A model generated the notes under the pieces. The model worked only from the letters and a program-made list of their open reading frames with translations, was not told where the DNA came from and searched no databases. A stretch of 42,280 bases of DNA from Alphaproteobacteria bacterium (lineage in GTDB: Bacteria > Pseudomonadota > Alphaproteobacteria > UBA8366 > GCA-2717185), in the NCBI GenBank assembly GCA_047631095.1, contig JBLHZD010000003.1, forward strand, positions 1 through 42,280, given 5' to 3'. Every line of letters starts with the position of its first letter. The stretch's first letter is position 1. Position numbers and translations under genes: made by a program. This document shows positions 26,027-35,250 of this stretch, in pieces.

Positions 26027-26779
26027 ATGAGCGTCGCAGAATTCACCGGAAAACCCGAAATGAGCGAAGAGGAATGGGACACGCGGGTTAATCTCGCCGC
26101 CCTTTACCGGGTGCTCGCGAAATTCCGCATGACGGATTTTATCTTCACCCATTTATCGGCTCGCATTCCCGGTGAGGAAGGCACGTTTCTGATCAACCGC
26201 TACGGCGATTTGTTCGACCGGGTCCGGGCGTCCGATCTGGTGAAGGTGGATTTTGAGGGCAATGTGATCGGCGAGGGCGAATTCAACGACGCCGGGTTCA
26301 CCATTCATAGCGGCGTCTTGATGGCGCGACCCGACGTTAACGCCGTCATCCATGTCCATACCCGCGCCAGCGTCGCCGTCGCGGCGCAAAAACGCGGCCT
26401 TCTGCCCATCAGCCAGCAAGCCATGCTGGCTATGCCGCATGTCTGCTACCACGATTATGAAGGCGTGGCGCTTGATCTGGACGAACGGGAAAGCCTGGGC
26501 CGCGACCTTGGCGATAAATCCGCCTGCATCCTGCGCAATCACGGGCTGTTGGTCTGCACCGCGACCATTCCCGAATGCTGGCAATTGACCTATCAGCTGG
26601 AAACCGCGTGCCAGATCCAGATCGACGCCATGGCGGGCGGCGCGGAACTGATCGAGTTGCCGTCGGAAATATCCGCGGAAATGTATGAGCGCTATAAGGC
26701 GACCCCGCCCGAAGAGCGGGGCCAGCGCGGCTGGCGCGCCGTTCTGGAAATGCTGGAAGGCGAAGATTACGCAACCTGA
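26027..26779 (+). CDS. Class II aldolase/adducin family protein
   Basis: THLSAR, GFTIHS, IHVHT, LRNHGLL zinc ligands; ATG 26027 after AGGAG. Confidence 0.92.
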   Translation: MSVAEFTGKPEMSEEEWDTRVNLAALYRVLAKFRMTDFIFTHLSARIPGEEGTFLINRYGDLFDRVRASDLVKVDFEGNVIGEGEFNDAGFTIHSGVLMARPDVNAVIHVHTRASVAVAAQKRGLLPISQQAMLAMPHVCYHDYEGVALDLDERESLGRDLGDKSACILRNHGLLVCTATIPECWQLTYQLETACQIQIDAMAGGAELIELPSEISAEMYERYKATPPEERGQRGWRAVLEMLEGEDYAT

Positions 26780-26824
26780 GCGATCTTCCGCCACGACCGG
26801 TAACCGTTTATTTATAGTCTTCAG

Positions 26825-26869
26825 GGCGTGGTTTTAGCGTGTCTTCTCAAGGCGCGTTGTAGCCACGCC
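26825..26869 (+). terminator. Long GC hairpin downstream of the aldolase gene (terminator or processing stem)
   Basis: GGCGTGG...AGCGTGTCTT-CTC-AAGGCGCGTT...CCACGCC; weak U tail. Confidence 0.35.
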
Positions 26870-27014
26870 TTAAATTCTCATGCTTGAATTCTCGGCGAAG
26901 ACGATAAAGTATATAGTCCTACCGGCGCCCACAGTCGTTTGAGGCGCCACGATCACACAAATCAAATGCGGCGGGGCGCTCCCGCAAGCACATATCTTGG
27001 ACAGGGACGAAACC

Positions 27015-28004
27015 ATGAAAATCACCATCTATGGCGCCGGCGCTATTGGCGGCAACCTTGGCGCGCTTTTGAATCGCAATGGCGTTGACGTCAGCCTGAT
27101 CGCACGCGGCGCCCATCTGGACGCGATGCGCGACAACGGCCTCAAACTCGTCACCGACAAGGAAACATTCGTGACGCGTCCGCGCGTCACCGACAACCCG
27201 GCGGAACTGGGCGTACAGGATTACATTATCGTATCGCTGAAATCCCATCAGGCGCCCACGGTCGTTGAGGCCATGCAGCCTATGATCGGCCCCAACACGA
27301 CCGTCGTCACCGCCATGAACGGCATTCCCTGGTGGTATTGTCACGCCCTCAAAGGACCGCTGGAAGGGCGCCGCATCAAGGCGGTCGATCCCCTGGACAC
27401 GCAATGGAACGGCATCGGACCGGAGCGCGTCATCGGCTGCATCACCTATGTCGCCAGCGAGGTCGTCGAGCCCGGCGTGATCGAATCGGGCGGCGCCTTC
27501 CGTTATCAGATTGGCGAGCCGGACAATTCCATCTCGCCCCGGGCGCAGGCGCTGTGCGATGTCATCGATAAGACCATCATCTCCGCAGAAGTCAGCGCTG
27601 ATTTACGGCGTGATTTCTGGGTCAAGCTGATGGGCAACGTCGCCTACAACCCGTCCAGCGCCCTGACATTGGGCACCACCGGCGACATGATCGACGATCC
27701 GGACATGCAGCAGGTCCTGCGCAACATCATGACGGAGGTCAAAGCGGTTGGAACCGCGTTGGGCAGCGGGCCGGAAGCGTCGATCGACGACCGTATCGAA
27801 GGCTCTCGCAAGGGCGCGCATAACCACAAATCCTCGATGCTTCAGGATTTGGAGCGGGGACGGCAAATGGAAATTAATCCGATCATCGGCGCCGTCGCAG
27901 AGTTGGGCAAAATCGCAGAGGTCGCGACGCCCACAATCGACACCGTTCTGGCGCTGGTGCGGTTGCGGGCGCGCAAAGGCGATCTATTGCCGGATCCGGC
28001 CTAG
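27015..28004 (+). CDS. Ketopantoate reductase family protein (PanE/ApbA; oxalyl-CoA reductase-like subgroup)
   Basis: GAGAIGG Rossmann motif, MNGIPWWY, WVKLMGN, KSSMLQDLERGR. Confidence 0.9.
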   Translation: MKITIYGAGAIGGNLGALLNRNGVDVSLIARGAHLDAMRDNGLKLVTDKETFVTRPRVTDNPAELGVQDYIIVSLKSHQAPTVVEAMQPMIGPNTTVVTAMNGIPWWYCHALKGPLEGRRIKAVDPLDTQWNGIGPERVIGCITYVASEVVEPGVIESGGAFRYQIGEPDNSISPRAQALCDVIDKTIISAEVSADLRRDFWVKLMGNVAYNPSSALTLGTTGDMIDDPDMQQVLRNIMTEVKAVGTALGSGPEASIDDRIEGSRKGAHNHKSSMLQDLERGRQMEINPIIGAVAELGKIAEVATPTIDTVLALVRLRARKGDLLPDPA

Positions 28005-29206
28005 GCCTCCGGGTCGCTCAGCAGAGCGCCCGCCGCCGAGAGTTCCTCGATGGCGGAATCGTCATAACCCAGTTCCCGCAACAGCTCCGGCCCGTTTTCG
28101 CCGAAGCGCGGGGCGTGGCGATGAATACCGCCCGGCGATTTTGAATACGTAACGGGCGGACGCACAAGCACGGTTTCGCCTTCGCTCGGATGGGTGTGTT
28201 TTTCAAACATGCCCACCGCCTTCAGATGTTCGTCATCCATCAAGTCGTCCATATCGATAATGGGCATGCAGGGGATCTGGCATTCCTCACACAGCGCCAC
28301 CCATTCCGCCGTGGTTTTGCTCGGCGTTACGTCGCCGACAAACCCATACAGATCGTTAATCGTATTGACGCGCGCGTGGTAGCTGCAGAATCGCGGGTCG
28401 TCCATCAATTCCGGTCGCCCGACGGCGGTAAAGAAATTGAGCCAGTGCTTGTCGCTATACGGCAAAATACAGACATGGCCGTCCTTGGTCGGGAACGGAC
28501 GCCGCGCGGGGGTCACGACTCGTTGGTAACCGATATCGCCAATCGGCGGATCGAAGGCGCCGCCATTGATGTGCTCGACCATATTGAAGGCCACCATTGT
28601 CTCCAGCATCGGCACTTCGACGAACTGGCCCTCCCCGGTGCGTTCCTTGTGCAGCAGTGCAAAGGCGATCGCCTGGCTCAAGGTCAGACCGACAACCTTG
28701 TCAGCGATGGTTGAGGGCACATAGCGCGCCGCGCCGTCCTGTCGCCGGAACATGCTGGCGAGGCCGGACGCCGCCTGAATGGCGTCGTCATAGGCCGGTT
28801 TATCGGCATAAGGGCCATCCTGACCAAACCCGTAGGCGCCGACATAGACGATATCGGACTTGATCGCGGACACGGCGTCATAATCAAACCCCAAACCCGC
28901 CATCGCCTTGGGCCGCATGTTGTGAACAAAGACGTCGGCGGTGGGAATCAGCTTGCGGAGAACCTCCTTCGCCGATTCCTTTTTTAGATCCAGCGCAAGC
29001 GAACGTTTATTGCGGTTGGCGTTGATGAAGATGCCCGCCATATTGACGTTGCGCACCGTGCCCATATTGCGCGCGATATCGCCGGTGGGCGGCGCTTCCA
29101 CCTTGATAATATCCGCGCCCATATCGCCCAGAGACTGGGTTCCGTAGGGGCCAAGCAACACGGTGGTGATGTCGATAACGCGAATTCCGTCCAAGGGTCC
29201 AGGCAA
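28001..29206 (-). CDS. Family III CoA-transferase (CaiB/BaiF)
   Basis: PLDGIRVID, GADIIKVE, NRNKRS, YGFGQDGPY, IADKVVG; probable TTG start at 29206 behind GGAG (ORF track starts at 29221). Confidence 0.93.
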   Translation of the reverse strand: MPGPLDGIRVIDITTVLLGPYGTQSLGDMGADIIKVEAPPTGDIARNMGTVRNVNMAGIFINANRNKRSLALDLKKESAKEVLRKLIPTADVFVHNMRPKAMAGLGFDYDAVSAIKSDIVYVGAYGFGQDGPYADKPAYDDAIQAASGLASMFRRQDGAARYVPSTIADKVVGLTLSQAIAFALLHKERTGEGQFVEVPMLETMVAFNMVEHINGGAFDPPIGDIGYQRVVTPARRPFPTKDGHVCILPYSDKHWLNFFTAVGRPELMDDPRFCSYHARVNTINDLYGFVGDVTPSKTTAEWVALCEECQIPCMPIIDMDDLMDDEHLKAVGMFEKHTHPSEGETVLVRPPVTYSKSPGGIHRHAPRFGENGPELLRELGYDDSAIEELSAAGALLSDPEA

Positions 29207-29282
29207 GCTCTTACTCCACATAAAACAGGGGTGCCGCAGCTTCGTTGCGACGGCGGAAAATTCAAAGCATCGTTTTAAATTC

Positions 29283-29324
29283 GGGCGTCGTTTTCGGGGC
29301 GTCGTTTTCAGGGCGTAGTTTTAT
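29283..29324. repeat. 3 x 14-bp tandem direct repeat in a divergent promoter region
   Basis: GGGCGTCGTTTTCG / GGGCGTCGTTTTCA / GGGCGTAGTTTTAT. Confidence 0.75.
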
Positions 29325-29373
29325 AGAAAGAACGCTAATTTTCAACTGCCCGTCTCGCCGCTGCCCAAGCGGA

Positions 29374-29413
29374 TGGACCAACCCCGCGTTAGCAGCGTAT
29401 AATAGTGTATTAT
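29374..29413 (+). promoter_or_regulatory. Promoter for the Mo-hydroxylase gene with an overlapping palindrome
   Basis: TGGACC-N18-TATAAT; ATAATA-GTG-TATTAT inverted repeat over the -10/+1 region. Confidence 0.45.
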
Positions 29414-29528
29414 CCAAATCCGCGTATCGAACAGCCCGGCGCACGGGCGAGCGGACTCCACCCAAAATTACATTCACGATGGCGCCGCCGTAGAGACGGC
29501 GAACCAATAGCAAAGGGATTGCTCAGGT

Positions 29529-31787
29529 ATGGACGGAAATAACATGGACAATAAGTGGATCGGCAAACGAACGATCCGCCCGGATGGCGCCGACAAGGTG
29601 ACCGGGCGCGCAACCTTTGGCGCGGACTTCACGTTACCGGGCATGATTTGGGGCAAAGTCCTGCGCAGTCCGCACGCGCACGCCAAGATCAAATCCATCA
29701 ATCTGGAAAAAGCCGCCGCCCTGCCCGGCGTCAAAGCCGTTATGGATTCTCGGGATATGGTCGAATTCCCGATGGACACGCCAGTTATGGTCGGCCCCGC
29801 CGATATGCGGATCGTCAGTCGTAACCTGATGGCGCGGGACAAAGTGTTGTACGCCGGGCACGGCGTCGCCGCCGTCGCCGCGACATCCCAGGCAATCGCG
29901 CAAGAAGCGCTGGCGCTGATCGAGGTCGAATACGAAGTACTGCCCCACGTGATTGACGTCGAAGACGCCATGAAGCCCGACGCGCCGATCCTGCATGATT
30001 ACATTCGCACCGCAGGCGTCGAGCCAAAACCCGAAACCGCGTCAAACATCGCCAGCCGACTGGAATTCAAGCTTGGCGATCTGGATGCGGGATTCACCGC
30101 CGCCGACGTCGTCATCGAGCGTGAATATCGCACCAAACCAGTGCATCAGGGGTATATCGAACCGCACGCCTGTCTGGTCAGCGTGGCCAAGGACAATCAG
30201 GCGACCGTCTGGAGCAGCAGTCAGGGCCATTTCATGGTCCGCAACGCGACCGCCAAAATGACCGGCTTGAATGTCGCCGACGTGCGCGCCATCCCCGCTG
30301 AAATCGGCGGGGGTTTTGGCGGCAAAACGATTGTGTATCTGGAGCCGATGGCGCTGATTCTGGCGCGAAAATCCGGATCTCCGGTAAAAATGGTGATGAC
30401 CCGTGACGAAGTCTTCCGCGCGACGGGGCCTACTTCGGGCTCTTTCAACTCCGTAAAAATCGGCGCCACCAAAGACGGTAAAATCACCGCCGCGACGGCG
30501 ACGTTCCGCTTTCAGGCCGGCGCCTTCCCGGGGTCGCCCGCGCGCCCGGCGGCGTCCTGCGCCTTTGCGCCCTATGACATCAAAAACGTCCAGTCGATTG
30601 GCTACGACGTCGTGATGAACCGACCCAAGAGCAACGCCTATCGGGCGCCGGGCTCGCCCATCGCCGCGTTCTCGGTTGAAAGCGCCATGGACGAACTGGC
30701 GCGTGAACTCGGGATGGATCCGCTGCAGCTGCGTCTGAAAAACGCCGCCAAGGAAGGCACCCGCGCCGCCTATGGACCGACCTTCCGCAAGATTGGTCTT
30801 GTCGAAACCCTGGAAGCCGCAAAGGCGCATCCGCATTACAAGGCGCCGCTTGGGCCTAATCAGGGTCGCGGCGTCGCCAGTGGTTTCTGGTTCAATGTCG
30901 GCGGCGAATCGAGCGCACAGATTCACGTCAGCGAAGACGGCACCGTTACGGTCATTACCGGACACCCGGACATCGGCGGCAGCCGCGCGGCCATGGTGAA
31001 CATCACCGCCGAGTTGCTGGGCATTGATTACAAGCGCGTGCGGGCGCAGATCGGCGACACCAACGCCATCGGCATCAGTGCGGTGACCGGCGGCAGTCGC
31101 GTGACCTTCGCCGCCGGTATGGCGGTGACGCAGGTGGCGGAAAAAGTCATCCACACCCTGCGGGAACGCGCCGCGAAAATCTGGGATATCGACATCGACG
31201 CCGTGGTCTGGGAAGGGGGCGAAGCGCGCCCCGCCGGATCGAACGCGGGTGAGTTCGATCCCTTGTCGATGGCCGATATCGCCGCTAAAGCAGCGGAGAC
31301 CGGCGGCCCGATCACCGGGCAAATTTCCATCAACGCCCAAGGCGCCGCGCCCGCCTTCGCCACGCATATTTGCGATGTCGAAGTCGATCCGGAAACCGGC
31401 CGGGTGGATATTCTGCGCTACACGGCGTTTCAGGACGTTGGCCGGGCCATCCACCCCAGCTATGTGGAAGGTCAAATCCATGGCGGCGTCGCACAAGGCG
31501 TTGGTTGGGCGCTGAACGAGGAATACATCTACGATGACAACGGCATTATGGAGAACGCGGGATTCCTGGATTACCGCATGCCGGTCGCCTCGGATCTGCC
31601 GATGATTGAGGCGGTATTCCTTGAAATTCCAAATGACGCCCATCCCCAAGGCGTGCGCGGCGTGGGCGAAGTGCCCATCGCGCCGCCCATGGCCGCCGTC
31701 GCCAACGCCATCGAAAATGCGGTTGGATTACGGCTTCTGAACTTGCCAATGTCACCGCCGAAGGTGCTGGCCGGGTTGGACAAATAG
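29529..31787 (+). CDS. Xanthine dehydrogenase family molybdopterin-binding large subunit
   Basis: LRSPHAHA, HQGYIEPH, GGGFGGK, AYRAPG, GGSRVT, GQIHGG, RGVGE; 752 aa. Confidence 0.93.
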   Translation: MDGNNMDNKWIGKRTIRPDGADKVTGRATFGADFTLPGMIWGKVLRSPHAHAKIKSINLEKAAALPGVKAVMDSRDMVEFPMDTPVMVGPADMRIVSRNLMARDKVLYAGHGVAAVAATSQAIAQEALALIEVEYEVLPHVIDVEDAMKPDAPILHDYIRTAGVEPKPETASNIASRLEFKLGDLDAGFTAADVVIEREYRTKPVHQGYIEPHACLVSVAKDNQATVWSSSQGHFMVRNATAKMTGLNVADVRAIPAEIGGGFGGKTIVYLEPMALILARKSGSPVKMVMTRDEVFRATGPTSGSFNSVKIGATKDGKITAATATFRFQAGAFPGSPARPAASCAFAPYDIKNVQSIGYDVVMNRPKSNAYRAPGSPIAAFSVESAMDELARELGMDPLQLRLKNAAKEGTRAAYGPTFRKIGLVETLEAAKAHPHYKAPLGPNQGRGVASGFWFNVGGESSAQIHVSEDGTVTVITGHPDIGGSRAAMVNITAELLGIDYKRVRAQIGDTNAIGISAVTGGSRVTFAAGMAVTQVAEKVIHTLRERAAKIWDIDIDAVVWEGGEARPAGSNAGEFDPLSMADIAAKAAETGGPITGQISINAQGAAPAFATHICDVEVDPETGRVDILRYTAFQDVGRAIHPSYVEGQIHGGVAQGVGWALNEEYIYDDNGIMENAGFLDYRMPVASDLPMIEAVFLEIPNDAHPQGVRGVGEVPIAPPMAAVANAIENAVGLRLLNLPMSPPKVLAGLDK

Positions 31788-31828
31788 TCCAAACCGCGCG
31801 GCTTTCTCGAAAGCCAAAATAAATGCGG

Positions 31829-31860
31829 AAACGGCGGTCCTCAGGGGCCGCCGTTTTTTT
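31829..31860 (+). terminator. Rho-independent terminator
   Basis: AAACGGCGGTCC-TCAG-GGGCCGCCGTTTTTTT. Confidence 0.9.
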
Positions 31861-31891
31861 GCGCGCTCAAAATCATACTCCTGCAGCCATC

Positions 31892-31920
31892 TTGACATGA
31901 TCATTAAAAAAGACTAAATT
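31892..31920 (+). promoter_or_regulatory. Near-consensus sigma70 promoter with no downstream + strand gene
   Basis: TTGACA-N17-TAAATT, immediately after a strong terminator and between convergent genes. Confidence 0.6.
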
Positions 31921-31926
31921 CCTATT

Positions 31927-32030
31927 TATCAAAGACTCTCAAAAAAAACCGGCGCCGCTAAATGCTAATGAATGATAAGCCATGTTAATGATTTGCGCCT
32001 TTTTTCGCTTAAATCATTAACATAGGCCGC
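31927..32030 (+). ncRNA. Candidate small RNA, about 100 nt
   Basis: Follows the orphan promoter; AU-rich 5' part; 13-bp perfect stem ATGTTAATGATTT/AAATCATTAACAT (31982-31994 / 32011-32023). Confidence 0.3.
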
Positions 32031-32060
32031 AGTATTCTCCGCGATCATCACGCCTGTAAC

Positions 32061-33341
32061 TTACGACGCCGCAAAAGCCGACTCACACCAATGCGCGACC
32101 GATAACAGGCGCTCATCATCATGGGCGCGGGTCACAATTTGAACGCCCACAGGCAGGCCGTTCGCGCCCCGGTTTCCCGGCAAGGTGATGCAGGGGGCGC
32201 CAATCGTCGTCCATGCTCGATTGAAGGTGGCGTCGCCCGTCGTCTCGAACCCCAGCGGGGCCTCCCCGGCCGCGCTGGGCACAATTAACGCATCGAAATC
32301 GTCCATAAAGCGGTCGAAATGATCGCGACACTGGCGCGCATGGAGAATGGCGTTGCGGTACTCTTCGTAGGGAATGTCGAGATTTGCGGGAATGCGCGCT
32401 TTTAACTTGTCGCTCAATTTGTCGAAATGGAGGTTGAATTCATGCGCCAGCGACCGGCGACCTTCATAAAACATGATCGTGTTGTTATCGGATTCCAGCC
32501 CGGCGAATTCCGGCGGCAACACCGCATCGCGAAGACTTGCCCCCGCAGCCGCAGCAGCACTGGCCGCCGCTTCGACAGCGGCATGGGTCGCCGGGTCCGC
32601 CCGGTCCCACCACGGCGTGCGACACAACCCCAAACGCGGCAGAGTCTCAAGCGCGGTGACTGTCGAGGGGGCGCCCATGAAGGCGGCCCGCAGCAAGGCG
32701 AGATCAGCGACGCTACGCGACATAGCGCCCAGCGTATCGAGCGAGCCCGCCAACAATTTAGTCCCCGCATAGCTGAAATGACCGTGGGTCGGTTTATAGC
32801 CCACCACGCCACAGAACGAGGCGGGCCGGATCACCGAACCACCGGTTTGCGTACCCAATCCCAGCGGCGCCATGAAATCCGCAACCGACGCTGCGGAACC
32901 GCTGGACGATCCGCCCGGCGTGTGAGCGAGATTGTTGGGGTTTCGGGTTTTACCCGGATTTACAAAAGCGAACTCCGTCGTCACCGTCTTACCCAGGATA
33001 ACCGCGCCCGCTGCGCGCGCCATCGCCGCACAGGCCGCATCACCAACCGGACGGTGACCAGGATAGATCGCCGATCCGTATTCGGTCGGCATATCGTGCG
33101 TGTCGATAATATCCTTCAGACCAATAGGCACCCCGTGCAGGGGACCAACCGGTGCCGTTCGATCCCGGTCTCTCGCCTGAGCTAGGGCCAGCGCCGGATC
33201 GATAAACGCCCAGGCTCGAACATCCTCTTCACGCGCGCTGATCCGTTCCAGACACGCCGTCGTCAAAGCCTCGCTGCTAATGTCTCCCGACGCTATCGCC
33301 TGCGCCGCTGCGACGGCGGTCAATTCATTCAACTCAGTCAT
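32061..33341 (-). CDS. Amidase signature family protein
   Basis: GLKDII, PGGSSSGSAA, GTQTGGSVIRPAS (Lys-Ser-Ser triad). Confidence 0.95.
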   Translation of the reverse strand: MTELNELTAVAAAQAIASGDISSEALTTACLERISAREEDVRAWAFIDPALALAQARDRDRTAPVGPLHGVPIGLKDIIDTHDMPTEYGSAIYPGHRPVGDAACAAMARAAGAVILGKTVTTEFAFVNPGKTRNPNNLAHTPGGSSSGSAASVADFMAPLGLGTQTGGSVIRPASFCGVVGYKPTHGHFSYAGTKLLAGSLDTLGAMSRSVADLALLRAAFMGAPSTVTALETLPRLGLCRTPWWDRADPATHAAVEAAASAAAAAGASLRDAVLPPEFAGLESDNNTIMFYEGRRSLAHEFNLHFDKLSDKLKARIPANLDIPYEEYRNAILHARQCRDHFDRFMDDFDALIVPSAAGEAPLGFETTGDATFNRAWTTIGAPCITLPGNRGANGLPVGVQIVTRAHDDERLLSVAHWCESAFAAS

Positions 33342-33370
33342 AACGATTTCCCTTCTGGTAAAAGCAGCAT

Positions 33371-34606
33371 CTACCGTCCGACGGCGCGATACGGCGACAG
33401 GTCCAGCCCGGGATTGCGCCCGGCGACAAGGTCCGCGACGATACGGCCGGTCACCGGCCCCAAAGTAAGGCCCAGATGACTATGACCAAACGCAAGATAG
33501 GCGTTGTCGAAACGCGGCGACCGGTCGATCACCGGCACGCTGTCCGGCAAGGTCGGGCGATTACCGCACCAGATGCTTTGCTCTGTCTGATCCAACTCCG
33601 GCACAACGCCCGCAGCCAGCGCGATCATGTTTCGAATGCGGCGGTAATCGGGCGGCGCATCCACCTTCGCGTATTCGACGCCCGAGGTCAGGCGCAACCC
33701 GTCTTCGTGGGGCACCAGCACAAACTTTTCATCGGCGAACAATATAAACCGACCAATCGGTATTTTCGGCATCGGCAACATCACGTGATACCCCCGTTCC
33801 GCCTCCAACCGCACGCTGGCGCCCAGTTCCTTGGCAAGCGCACGCGACCACGGCCCCGCCGCCAGCACCACATGGTCCACTCCCAGCACCGCGCCAGTGG
33901 TGCGTACTGCGGTAACCTTGCCGTGCTCAACGTCAAAGCCCAGCGCCTTTTCCGTAAGAATAGCGCCGCCATTCGCGACAAGCGTTTTTGCAAATTCCCC
34001 GACCATCCGTCCGGGGTTCACCGCCGTGCCGGAATCCGGCGTATAGATTGCACGCTCGAATTCAGGCCGCAACCCCGGCTCCAGTTGACGCAACTCATCG
34101 GCGCTCAGGATATCAAACTTGAAGCCATGTTCCGTCATCAGGTCCCGTTCGCGTCGGGAGGCGTCGAAAGAGGTTTCGGTGCGAAACACCTTCAACGACC
34201 CCTGGCGGCGCACCATGGATTCCACATTCGCATATTTCAACAATGTCGCGTAAGCGGGCATCACCCCATCGACAAGGTTCGCAATCGCCTCGCCATGCGC
34301 TTCGGAGCGTTCCGGCGCCGTATTGCGCAGCATTTCCAACAGAAACGGCGCGAGGCGCGGCAAATACCGCCAGCGAATGTTCAAGGGCCCGGCGGGGTCC
34401 ATCAGCATCGCCGGAATCTGTTTGGTGATCCCCGGCGTCGCGGTCGGCAGGATCGACGCGGCGCTGATCGAACACGCATTGCCGTAGGACGTCTTGGTCC
34501 CCGGTTCCTCGGGATCAATCAGGGCGACCTCATGCCCATCGCGTTGCAAAAAAAGCGCGCAGGACGCGCCTACGATACCTGCCCCGATGACAGCGATTGT
34601 CGCCAT
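33371..34606 (-). CDS. FAD-dependent D-amino acid dehydrogenase (DadA family)
   Basis: GAGIVG, TSYGNA, ERGYH, RPTLPDS, FGHSHLGLT. Confidence 0.9.
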   Translation of the reverse strand: MATIAVIGAGIVGASCALFLQRDGHEVALIDPEEPGTKTSYGNACSISAASILPTATPGITKQIPAMLMDPAGPLNIRWRYLPRLAPFLLEMLRNTAPERSEAHGEAIANLVDGVMPAYATLLKYANVESMVRRQGSLKVFRTETSFDASRRERDLMTEHGFKFDILSADELRQLEPGLRPEFERAIYTPDSGTAVNPGRMVGEFAKTLVANGGAILTEKALGFDVEHGKVTAVRTTGAVLGVDHVVLAAGPWSRALAKELGASVRLEAERGYHVMLPMPKIPIGRFILFADEKFVLVPHEDGLRLTSGVEYAKVDAPPDYRRIRNMIALAAGVVPELDQTEQSIWCGNRPTLPDSVPVIDRSPRFDNAYLAFGHSHLGLTLGPVTGRIVADLVAGRNPGLDLSPYRAVGR

Positions 34607-34759
34607 ACGAATTCTCCCCCTTCAACCAAATACCCTCTGTGTGAACAGTCAGCGCAACCACAGCCATCGTCAAGCTGGTTTTCCCACATGAGGCGCTTGA
34701 CGAGGACGCACACAGGGGCCAGTTAATTCAAGTAAATAGACATCGGGAGTCGAGACCAC

Positions 34760-35089
34760 ATGGAAATTGAAATTGTGACGGCGGAAACGGTTCGTGACTG
34801 GATCGACGCGGGCGAGGCTGTTGTTGTGGATGTACGCGAAGAACACGAATTCGCAGCCGGTCACATCGCGGGCGCGACGCTTATACCACTCTCCCGGTTC
34901 GACCCCGCTCTATTACCACCCAGCGAAGGCAAACGTCTGGTCTTGCACTGCGCCAGTGGCATTCGATGTGGGCACGCCGCAAACCACCTGCACGCGAACC
35001 AGATTGAGGGCCGCGGGCCGGACGTTATTTACCGCATGGCGGGCGGCGTTATGGGTTGGAAACAAATCGGCGGCCCACTCCAGACATGA
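34760..35089 (+). CDS. Single-domain rhodanese (sulfurtransferase)
   Basis: VDVREEHEFAAGHIAGA, HCASGIRC active-site loop, GGVMGW. Confidence 0.92.
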   Translation: MEIEIVTAETVRDWIDAGEAVVVDVREEHEFAAGHIAGATLIPLSRFDPALLPPSEGKRLVLHCASGIRCGHAANHLHANQIEGRGPDVIYRMAGGVMGWKQIGGPLQT

Positions 35090-35204
35090 GGCTGGCGGCC
35101 CTGAATTGATCCTCAACGCGACGCGATTTCCGGCGCATTCCACGACGTGACAATACGACGCGCATCGCTTCGCGCTCGCATTCCATTTTTCGAATAAATT
35201 CGGA

Positions 35205-35233
35205 TTGACTGTTTCATAGAAAAAACATATCTT
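35205..35233 (+). promoter_or_regulatory. sigma70 promoter for tauE-TIGR02186(-tusA)
   Basis: TTGACT-N17-TATCTT with an AT-rich upstream region. Confidence 0.6.
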
Positions 35234-35250
35234 CCCAATGACTTAGTGGT

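Noticed and set aside
28001-28004. Overlapping stop codons of convergent genes (CTAG here; CTAA at 39108-39111)
   Set aside because: This is common compact packing with no further signal.
29230-29239. 10-bp match to the tRNA-Thr 3' end (CTGCGGCACC) as a possible att site
   Set aside because: It is inverted rather than direct, short, GC-rich, and has no integrase nearby; chance is a sufficient explanation.
29529-31787. Calling the Mo enzyme an aerobic CO dehydrogenase (CoxL)
   Set aside because: It lacks the AYxCSFR motif and the coxS/coxM/accessory genes.
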